This document shows, piece after piece, positions 28,524-38,700 of a DNA stretch of 64,000 bases. The notes under the pieces were generated by a model. The model did no database searches. It was not told where the DNA came from and saw nothing but the letters and a program-made list of their open reading frames with translations. The DNA comes from a virus. Both the position numbers and the translations under genes were made by a program. The stretch's first letter is position 1; the number at the start of each line of letters is the position of its first letter. The DNA lies in IMG/VR virus record IMGVR_UViG_3300025154_000006, positions 1-64,000 of that record, one strand, 5' to 3'.

Positions 28524-31500
28524 TAAAGACTTATCTCGCTTTCAGATATATTTGCAACACTAATAATGTTGTCGCCAGGAAACACAGTTGACGTTCCCGC
28601 AATTTTGCACAGCATATCTAATAGTCCCGCTATGGAATAATCGTGATCGCCGCTGATTCCGGTAAAGCCAAAAACATTAACCTTATCGTTATTGTGAAGA
28701 TATACAAACGTGCCCTCTGGATAGAGACCGCTTGCTTTGTTTCCCTTTTGGGGAGCAACTTCTGGTATTGTGTTTGTAATCCAAACCTTATCCAATAAAG
28801 TGCCATTAAAATTTGAATCCAGTTGCCAAAGACCAGCGCCTGTTGGCCAGGTTGTCCTACAGCGTTCCCTAATCCAAATAAGTTCTCCGCTTGTTGTTAT
28901 CCACACCTTCCATTGCATAAAGTTTGCGGGAATATACCAGCCAGAACTTAAGCAGCAGTGATATGTATCGGTATCAACAAAATACATTTGGTTTTCCGTT
29001 GTTCCATCAAGCCACTTGAATAAATAAAACTCTATGCAGCCACCATTTATGTATTCTCTTCCGCCACCACCCGGCGGATCAGAGCTATATGGTGGCTCGA
29101 CAGCTCCTTTTAGGCGCAACTGAAATGGACCAAGCGGCGTCGTGGGCGGAACCGGTTCTCCATAAAGGTATCCGTCTGGAATGCCCACGTGAAATATGCT
29201 ACCGTTGCCACCAACATCAACCCAGGCGCCATAATCAACTACAAAAAACTCCATATCCGTTTTTCCAGTAGCTGGATTTAGGTCTAATGGCAAAACTCCT
29301 ATTTTGTCTTGTGTTACAACAAAGCCAGTAGTCCTAAATTTTGGGGGGTCTATAATTGACCAAATCCCAACATGGAATATGTCGTCGCTAGTTGCAATAC
29401 TTCCATCGTTTTCTTTCCAGGAATAATAAAGTTGAGAACCATGGATTGGCCATGTGGCGGTTGATGTAAGTTTGTATTCGATACCAAACTCTCCATCGCG
29501 GTGCCAAAATCTAAGATCGTAGGTCTTGTTTGTAACCGGCCCGAAGCCGTATTCTTCTAAAATTGTTTTTATCCCATTTCTTACAACGGCCAAGCATATT
29601 TTTCCAACCTCCATATAGCCAACCAAATAGCTGTTTCCATCTACGCCCATACCAACAAGCCCAAGTTTTGAGTAGCTTCCAATTACATTTCCCCTTAAGT
29701 AGCAATCAAAATTCCACGCAGAGTATGGCCTTTGGGAGAAAAAGATTTGCGGAACTCCCTTTGTTGTATTGGCAAGTTTTTTGGGAGATTCTCCCTCTAC
29801 AACCGAGCTGCTATATGTTTCGGAAATTATACTGATCGATATTTTTCCGGTATTTTGGGTTGCGTTATAATAATTTCTCCAAGAGAAACCAAATGGAAGG
29901 GAAGATAGTTCTTTTAGTTTCCCTTTTCTTGTAATGGTTGTAGACCAGGACTGTCCGCTTTGTATTTCCGTGGCATTTGCCTCATAACTTCCAAATGTAG
30001 AATATTCCTCAAAGTCGCTGTGGTCCGGTGGTATATCCCACGCATCTGTATCATTTAAGCAAACAGGATAAACAACCACATTTAGCGGATCGCCTGCTAC
30101 AGCGCCGTTTGTAATTTCCATATCTAATATTATCGTCACTTCCCTTTCTCCAAGCCCATCATCGACGGGAGTAATAATCCAAGCGCAACTCCCAAAAACG
30201 CCAATAGTTAGAAGGTTTGACGTTGTTAGATCATTAATCTCCAATTCATAACTTGTCATTGGGTTGGGGTCAACAGAAATCCCATTCCAGCAATATAATT
30301 TGAACGGAAGCAGATCTGTATTAAGGTTTTCCAATTGCATATTAACGTTTTCTTGAAGTGGAAGAAGCGACACAACAATACCGGGAACCTCTATGCGTTC
30401 GGTATAATAAGTTGTGTTTCCGCTTGGAGATATAACTCGTATTCCAACCTTAATTAATTTTTTTCCCTCTCCTGGATTTGCCATATTATATATAACCGGA
30501 TAAGAACCCGGGCGAACATTTTCCTCGAACCAGGTTTGCTCTGGGTGTTTATATGTACTATCAAGTTCGCCAATTAAAGAAATATAGGTTGTTTGAATGC
30601 CAGAATTGTCCTCAACCAACATAAGAGCATAGAAGTCATCGTTGTTTGTATTGGTTGGCGTGTTATCTACAGGATTTGGGCCGGGTGCGCCAGATGAAAT
30701 ACCCGCCCTGCTCCAGCCATAAAGCCTTATCTCAATAGTTTCCGAATTGTCAAATAACGGATAATCTACACAAAATTCTTTTAGGTCTTTACACCAGTGA
30801 TCGGTTGCGGCTTCTCCGGCATGTGTTTGATAAACAAGTCCGCCGGCATCTATGACTTCTTGGGTCCAAAAATCGCAGGACAAAGACCAGTTTATTCCGG
30901 TTTGGGTTTCGACCCTATAGAGATTATTCAACTCTTGAACCCGATCAAGAATTGCCTGTTTTCCTTGCAGTTCCATGTAAAACGGGTGTGTCATCATCGA
31001 AGTGTGCCACATTGCGTCTGGAACAAAATTTATATTGTATCCGCGACTTCCGTCTTCAAGCGTTGCCCTTATATCCGATATGACAACATCGTGGAACTTG
31101 ACATATTCAGTTCCCTCTGTCGTATTAACTCCGGCTTCAATTTTAGAATATGCGCCAGTGATAAGTAGGGGATTATCTAAATATTCTTCCGACGATGCCT
31201 TTATTTTGACCGACCAACCGGAATTGGGCGAGCCGCTTATGCTATCGATAATAAGACTTACGAATTCCGCACTTTCTCCAATAAGTTGATATGGCTTGGT
31301 TGTGGAATAATATCTATTTGTTGATGAAAAAACGAGGTTATCTCCACAGGAAGCGGCCAGAAACCGAAGATTAATTGTAGAAACAAGGGTTTTTCTGTCG
31401 ATACTAAACGTAATACCGTCTTGGCTCCAAAGTAGAAGCGTATATTTTGTTTCAGAAACAAATTCTTCTTTTCTGTAAAATCTTACGCACATAAAAACAC

Positions 31501-32314
31501 GAGAGTTTTCAACGAACACATTGCCAATTTCGGCAACCGACAAATCTTCTGGAACCGAAACAAAGAAATCTGACCAGGCGCCGTTTAGTCCATCCTCTGC
31601 AAATTCATAACTTGCGCCCTTAATTGATCCTTTGTGTGTTGTACTATAAACAAAAATCTTTTCGCCCAGAAGTGTCGCCCCGGTATACTGGAGTAGCTCT
31701 ACGTCTTCCGTATTAAAGCCGCTATAAACGTGTGTAGGGTTAAAAAGTCGTCCTTGGTGTTTGTGTTCTGATCCGTCCGATGCAATGTAAACGGGCCTAA
31801 TTCCGCCCTCGTCAATATAAAATATAATAGCAGTATTATCTGTTAATGGATGAATTGCTCCTGTTGGTATTGTGGAAAAAACATTTTGGGAAACAATACA
31901 GTTTTCGGTTCCCAAAAGTACAAGATCGGGATTGTATGTGGCCTTATACCAGTTTCCGGAATAAAAGTACCAAAGTAAGTTTTCAAAAATTCCTGGCCTG
32001 CAAATTGGGTCTGCCTCTATTGGCGTACCTGTAATCGCAACGCGAACCGGGGTCGCCTCGCCCTCTATGTGCAACATAACATCGCCATTTGTCTTGATAG
32101 AAATTGTTACGAATTTTTCAAGATCACTGTTATAGCAAATAGCCTCTGGTAAAGGATAACCATTTATCTCTCCCTCCGCAAGAGCATATTCCGGCGCATT
32201 GTCTGTATAGGCGTCAAAGTATACGCGCGATTTATATGCAGTCAGTCTTCCGGTTGCCCTAAGGCTTTCAGGAATAGTTATTGCATCTTCGTATGACTGG
32301 GAACTTGTTCTCAT
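28523..32314 (-). CDS. large minor tail / tail tip protein
   Basis: About 1260 aa, acidic and beta-rich, two genes after the tape measure. Confidence 0.65.
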   Translation of the reverse strand: MRTSSQSYEDAITIPESLRATGRLTAYKSRVYFDAYTDNAPEYALAEGEINGYPLPEAICYNSDLEKFVTISIKTNGDVMLHIEGEATPVRVAITGTPIEADPICRPGIFENLLWYFYSGNWYKATYNPDLVLLGTENCIVSQNVFSTIPTGAIHPLTDNTAIIFYIDEGGIRPVYIASDGSEHKHQGRLFNPTHVYSGFNTEDVELLQYTGATLLGEKIFVYSTTHKGSIKGASYEFAEDGLNGAWSDFFVSVPEDLSVAEIGNVFVENSRVFMCVRFYRKEEFVSETKYTLLLWSQDGITFSIDRKTLVSTINLRFLAASCGDNLVFSSTNRYYSTTKPYQLIGESAEFVSLIIDSISGSPNSGWSVKIKASSEEYLDNPLLITGAYSKIEAGVNTTEGTEYVKFHDVVISDIRATLEDGSRGYNINFVPDAMWHTSMMTHPFYMELQGKQAILDRVQELNNLYRVETQTGINWSLSCDFWTQEVIDAGGLVYQTHAGEAATDHWCKDLKEFCVDYPLFDNSETIEIRLYGWSRAGISSGAPGPNPVDNTPTNTNNDDFYALMLVEDNSGIQTTYISLIGELDSTYKHPEQTWFEENVRPGSYPVIYNMANPGEGKKLIKVGIRVISPSGNTTYYTERIEVPGIVVSLLPLQENVNMQLENLNTDLLPFKLYCWNGISVDPNPMTSYELEINDLTTSNLLTIGVFGSCAWIITPVDDGLGEREVTIILDMEITNGAVAGDPLNVVVYPVCLNDTDAWDIPPDHSDFEEYSTFGSYEANATEIQSGQSWSTTITRKGKLKELSSLPFGFSWRNYYNATQNTGKISISIISETYSSSVVEGESPKKLANTTKGVPQIFFSQRPYSAWNFDCYLRGNVIGSYSKLGLVGMGVDGNSYLVGYMEVGKICLAVVRNGIKTILEEYGFGPVTNKTYDLRFWHRDGEFGIEYKLTSTATWPIHGSQLYYSWKENDGSIATSDDIFHVGIWSIIDPPKFRTTGFVVTQDKIGVLPLDLNPATGKTDMEFFVVDYGAWVDVGGNGSIFHVGIPDGYLYGEPVPPTTPLGPFQLRLKGAVEPPYSSDPPGGGGREYINGGCIEFYLFKWLDGTTENQMYFVDTDTYHCCLSSGWYIPANFMQWKVWITTSGELIWIRERCRTTWPTGAGLWQLDSNFNGTLLDKVWITNTIPEVAPQKGNKASGLYPEGTFVYLHNNDKVNVFGFTGISGDHDYSIAGLLDMLCKIAGTSTVFPGDNIISVANISESEISL

Positions 32315-32322
32315 GTTTTTCC

Positions 32323-32760
32323 TTATGAAATATCCAGTGGCGTTGCGCTTAGGCATTGAAACACACACTGTACCAAAGACCAGGCGCTTGGGCCCTCTAC
32401 CATTACACCAAGAAGTTGCTCTGAAAACGAACCAAGCATTACCACATTATATACCTGTTCGCAGTGCGAAACCATGGTCAAAACATTTGACGGAGTTCCG
32501 TTTGGGTTGTTGAACGAAAAGAAGGTTCGTAAATCTTCAAGATTGCCAAAATTTTCTCTATTCTCTTCTTGCCTAACCCGAACAAGATATTCGTCTCTTT
32601 TATAAAGCCCACCGACTGCAATGTCAAGGCTTCCATCAAGGGTTTTGTCGATACTCTGAGACTTTTCGAGAATTGGTCTATATCCAGATAAAAGTACCTG
32701 AAAACGACGCGAAAAACTACCGTCGCTTGTTGTAAGAGTAAAATAATCATTGGTTGCCAT
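32323..32760 (-). CDS. distal tail protein-like
   Basis: Directly follows the tape measure; KTLDGSL motif. Confidence 0.55.
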   Translation of the reverse strand: MATNDYFTLTTSDGSFSRRFQVLLSGYRPILEKSQSIDKTLDGSLDIAVGGLYKRDEYLVRVRQEENRENFGNLEDLRTFFSFNNPNGTPSNVLTMVSHCEQVYNVVMLGSFSEQLLGVMVEGPSAWSLVQCVFQCLSATPLDIS

Positions 32761-35700
32761 TATGATCTTAGTTCCTGTGCTACTGCGTCAATAACAAATC
32801 TGGACAGGTGTTCGTTACCAAGATAAATGTTAATTGTTTGCTTTTTATCTTGCTTTACGGCATTGTTCAAGAGGTAGGTAGTGTCATTATACATTGTATC
32901 CTCGGTTTGATTTGACAAATAGGGATAGTTGACCGGAAGAGTATCTTTGGGTTGGCGCGGATCTTGCGGAGCAGGTTGAACAGGCGGCGGATTAGTTCCG
33001 GCCTCGTAAATTAAATTGATTTGATCTAATACTCCGGCAAGTCCGATCCGAAGCTTTTCCATTCCTTCACCAGACAATGTGTTCAATTCGCCACCCATAG
33101 ACATAATGGCAAGTTGCATCTGGAAAACAGCCTCTTCGTGTTCATGTGCGGCCCTGGCCTGTTCTTCTGCAAGAGCAAGCTGTTTTTGTTGTAGGGCGTA
33201 TTGTTCCTTGGCATACCTTCGTTCTTCTGCAACTTGTTCTGCTTGTAACTTTTTCTGCTCTTCGTAATATTTCTTTTGAAGATCAAGTTGCTTTTGTTGC
33301 ATTGCAAGAGATTCGAGCTGTTGTTTCTTTTGAAGATTAAAACGCTCGTCCTCAAGCTTCCAAAGTTCTTCTTGGCGCGCGCGTTGTTTCTCAATCTGGT
33401 CGCCTTCCATATTGTGCATGGTGGTCTCGCGACCCATTTTCCGTTCGGCCAATTTGCGTTGGCGCCCAGTCATAAAACGAGATTCTTCCGCAAAATCTTC
33501 TTGCTTCCATCCCCACTGCATATTGCGAAGTTGATCTTGATAGCCCCAATCTTCCTTGGCCCAGGTGCGCGTGAGGTTCATCTGGGTTTGTTGAATAGTA
33601 TTGCCAATATTGATATTTGCCGCAGATTGGTTTATCTGTTCTTGTTGCAGACCAAACTGTTGTTGCTGATACCAATTTGACAGGGCGATTTGCTTATCCT
33701 GAATCCCCCACATGGTCTGGGTATGAGCCCATCCCGATTGAAGTCCTTGTTGTTGCAACGCAAAGCCTTGTTGTTGGTATCCGTAACTTTGTTGCATCCA
33801 GCTATATTGTTCTCCCTGTATACCGCCAATAGACGTAATTTGGTTGGGTTGACCAGTAGCGGGATTGATGCTTCCTAGCGTAATTGGCTGTGCAAGCTGA
33901 ACGCCATTAACTGCGGCGTTAACAGAACGATTCTGTGTTGTCCCAAAAATATTCTGTCCCATTTGTTGCGAAGACAGACTGCCCATTTCTAAACCTGTTG
34001 TCCCATAAGGAAGTCCAGTTAGACGACCATTATTGGTGTCTGTCATTGCCAGATAGTTGGCATTGATAGTGTTGCCCTGCATGGTTCTGACACCGGGAAG
34101 TTGTCCCAGGTCCATACCGCCCAGGGCCAAGGTTGCCATGGCCATAGGGTCGCCACCAAGAGCACGATTATAGAATTCTGCTTGCCCACCCGTCATTCCA
34201 GTCATTTGTGCATAGATTTTATTTCCGGTACTGGCATTGCCATAAAAGGTGCTTTTATCGTACTGGCTTTGTGCCATTCCGCGCACCTGCTCTGCGGCAA
34301 ATGTAGACGCCGTAGCAGAAGCGGTAAGATTTGCGGCTTCTCGTGGCGACATTAAGGGCGATAATTTTGTTGGATCTACCGCAGTGGTCGATCTTCCAAT
34401 TGCGGCATTTGCCATATATGCTTCTTGTTGTGCGCGAATAACATTTTCGGCAGGAGTACCAACAAATTTCGATAATGTGTCCTCGAATTTGATCAACAGA
34501 TCGTTTATCTCTGTTTCTGTTCTTTGTCTTGCGCCTCCCGCCATTGTTGGACCCATTGGGTGCCCCTGCATATATTTAACGCCAGGCAACGATGTGGCAA
34601 ATTCTGCGCCAGTTGTAATTGCAATTCTTTGTTCTTCTGGAATTTCTTTATCTGAAAGATAACGCGTAAGCGCGTCTGTTCTAAGGCTTCCTTTGCTGTC
34701 TCTTTGCCACGCAAACGTAGCGCCTCTTCCGGCGCCGGACAATATTGACTGGGCCAAATCCTGATCCCTGATCCCAAGATCCATTCCAGAAGCAAGTTTT
34801 TGTGTAAGGCTATTGTTAATTGTCCAATTTGGATTTCGCGCATACATAGCTTGGACGTTAGCAACTGCTTGTTGGGAGTAAATACTCATTCCCGGTTGTT
34901 CCATTAAAAGCCTGGTTCCGCCACTTATGGTTCCGGCCAGGCCGCCAGAACCACGTAGTTGTCTAAGTTGCTCAAATGTTGTACCGCCTTCAATTTGTTT
35001 ACGGGCTTGTTCGTACCACGTTTCTCGTTCTTGATTTAGCGCACCGCGACTTCCGTCTTCAAATGTTCTTTCTCTGGCAAATGGCTTATATTTATAACCA
35101 CCAGAAAACGTTTGCGCCAATACGTCATATGGTGCCAGGAAATATTGCTTTGCTTCGTCAAATTTCGATAAGCGATAAGCAAGCGACTCTTGATCTTCCG
35201 TTTTCTGATATATCTGTGATCCGCCAGATACCACCGCGGTGGCAATTCCTACCGGAAGCGCCGCTTTACCAAAGAATTTTGATGCAGTACTTCCTTTTCT
35301 AAAGGAATCGGCAATCCACTGAGTAGCGCCCCACGCACCTACGCCCGCCATTGCCGTTCCAAAGACATCGCCAAGAACTGGATAATCTGCGGCCATGGTC
35401 TGCGCGGTTATAAGCGGATTGGCATTTGCGCCCATAAGTGCCTGTTTATTTAGCAATGCCATCTGTGGACTGTAGACGGGTTGGCGAATACCAAAAGTTT
35501 GCGCGGCCTGAGCAGAAATGGCCTGATTTAGACCCATCGCCTGTTCTTGTCCCTGGCCCATTCCACCAGTAATGATGTTTCCAATAGAACGGAAATACAT
35601 CAAACCAAAACCACTGAGCATTCGCCTGGCCGCACCGCCCATTGTATTCTCTTCGGCCATTGCCTCTTGCTCGAGCTTTTGCGTCATTCTTGCATTGTCT

Positions 35701-38700
35701 ATTTTCTGCAAACGCCCTTGCAGAGTCCCAAGTTTTGTAACGTCTTCTTGCGTTAGTTGACCAGATGCAAGTTTGGTTTCGCCTTCCGACACTTGCTTTT
35801 TGAGATTTTCGTAGGCCATTTCTTGCCCAAGCCTGCGTTTTTGTTCTTGTACACCGCTTAGGGCTTTTTCTTCATCAACCAGTCCCTTAATGCGGTTTCC
35901 GTGTTTGTCGGATAATTTGCCAAGAAGATCGGCCTCTTCTTTTATTAAGCGGTTGTATTCTGCGCGTTGAGAACTGGTTCCGGTAACAAGTCCACCGCCG
36001 CTACCCTCTTTGAGCATATCGCCGGTTTTTAGTTTGTAAGCGTCTGTCAAATCTGCCAATTCGGTTTGCTGTTGGCCGATCAGATCTGGGCGTTCTTTCT
36101 TTATTTTTGCGGTAATGCCGAGATTTTCTCTTAGTATGGCTTTGTTTTGCGCAGCGGCTATGAACGGTTTCATTCTTTCAAGCCGCTCATCTATGGTTCC
36201 AGTTCTTTCGGGTCCAACAATGCCAGCTTTCGACATTCCAGTAAAGAGTTCCTGGAAAGTATTAGAAGTAACAAGTGCCTCTGACATTTCTGCTATGAAA
36301 GCGTTTTGCGCCATTCCGCTTGCGGTTCTACCGCGGCCAGCATCGCCAAGCTCCGTAATTGCTCTTTTGCCCTTATTGTCAGCATATGACGTGTTGAGAT
36401 TTGCAATGGCGTCGCCCATATCAGGAAAACTTGTTTCTTTGTGTTCTTTTACACCAGAATACGCCAATTGTTGCGCGTCTCTCAATAGACCGGCTTGTCG
36501 TAATGTTGGCCCGTGAATTCTAAGTAACCTATTGGCCTCTGCCGGATTCGTCAACCTTAATTGGTTTATTCTTGCAGAAATATTCCTTGCCTCAAGTGCG
36601 CTTTCTCCCGCATTAAGTTCTGGGAACCCAAGATCGGTTAGAGACTTGTCCAGAGTACTAAAAGTTCCTCTAATCTGTTCAATACTATCCTGGTACATAT
36701 TAGAGAAAGCGGCAAGCGCTTTACGGGCTTTGCTTGGTGAGGAAACAAAGCTTGGATATTTTCCACCACCAGTCGCATCTTTACCGCCACTTCTTCCGCC
36801 AAAAGTACCCTCCGCAATAGCATCTACTGTGCGATCATACCCGATCCACCCCGTAGTGTTCCCTTCTTTGTCTTTAAGCGGAATATCGTGAGGCTTTTCG
36901 CCGCCAGCCAATATGGTTTGCTGTTCTTTTGTCTTCTTTGATGTAAGAACAGATTGTTCTTTGCCAAACGGAATTTCTCTTGCCGACTCAAAATCAAAAT
37001 TAGCGGCAAGGTTTGGATTGATTGCCGTACCAAGTCGTTGTAATTCTGGAATAAGCACATCTTTTTCTTTTTGCGTTAAGTTCGGATCATTGAGTTTCGC
37101 TTCAAGGCGATGCGATTTCTCTACGAGCGTCTCTTTGCCCTCGTTCGCACTGCGAACTGCGGAACTTAGTCTATCAAGCATTTGATTCTCACTAGACTTT
37201 GGATCGTAGCCAAGAATTTGCTGCATCTGTATACTTGTGGTTCCCGGCATTTGTGCGGAAGTTCGCGCTAATCTTCCGGCGCCAGCCGTATCTTCCGAAG
37301 TAACGTATTTGTTCTTTCTTGCAGAATAAACATCTTCTGTTCCAATTGCTTCCCATTGCGAATAAAGCGCATCTGCTTTTGCCTGATCACCACCAGTTAT
37401 TTTCAGCGCGATTGTCTTCGCAAGTTCTTTTTCTTTATTTCCTTCTTTTGAGCCAACGGCACGACCAAAGAAACCAGCAAGAATTGGCATCTTTGTCATC
37501 AGTTCATTGCCCTTTTGCGTACCAAGAGAACGATATGTAGCAGAGATCCGCCTGACGAGGCGCATGCCCCATTGTCCCTTATCTGAAATCGCCTCAAGTT
37601 CAGATCGCAGCACGGCCTCGTCTTCTTCGCTTGTTCCAAACTTGTTTGCTATTGAAGCGGCGGAACGCGTGTAACTTCCATCGGAATATGGCGCAGTAGC
37701 ATCCACGGCGGCCTGTTGCATAAAGTTTTGTAGGCCACCCGTGTCTATATTCTGTTCTTCTTTTCCGCCACCAGAGAACACGCGGTTTACTGGCGACCAT
37801 TCTTTATCCCATCCTTGTGGTTTGGGGCGAGAATATCCAAAGAACTGTTCGCCCTTTTGATTTTCGCCAAATCTTATCGAGGAAAGTGCTTGCGAAAGAT
37901 TGCTATCACCAAGTTCGGCGTAGTCTACACCAGTCATATACGAAGCTTCGTCGCTTACGTTTCCTTTCCTGCCAAGAAACTTATTTGCCGTAGCAAGAGT
38001 AAGCCCTACACTATATTCTTTACCAATGTGTTCAACTGGCATAGACTTACCAACTGCCTGTTTCCAAACCTCGTTGTAGGGAAGAGTTGCCCGTTTTGCT
38101 ATATTCTTTGCTGTTGGATCGACATTTCTAATCGCGTCTCTGGCGCTTTGAACGTAAGAGTTGAACCGATTTGCTGTGTTTAAACTTGGAAACTTTGCCG
38201 CTTCTTTGCCACGAATAAATGCTACTTGGTCTTTTGGAAGAATATTATCGCCAAATGTCTTTAATATTTCTGGACCAAAAGTATCAAAGAAGAACTTTTG
38301 GTATTCTGTATCGTAATCTTTATCTCCCAACTGCCCTCTTCCTATGGCGCTACTTCCATAAATACCATATTGCGCTTCCATTTCTGGTCGTATTCTGTTC
38401 CAAACTTCTTTTCCGAGAAGAGTTCGCATTTCCCTAAACGGGATATTTATACCTGGCATAGGAGATTCGCCCGGGGCGGCAGGATCTCTTTGCGATGCCG
38501 TAACAATGCGTTTTTCTCTTAGAAATCTACTTACTTCTCTTTGCTGTACTTCTAAAGTACCTGCGGCGCGACGCGTCATGGGTTGCAGTAGTTTTTGCGT
38601 AGCATAACTTGTTCCTGGCGCTAGAAATGGCGCAGGATAGTCGCCACCGCGAATTGATAGCGGATCTTCTCTCTCCTGGGACTTTTTGATTAGCCCTTGA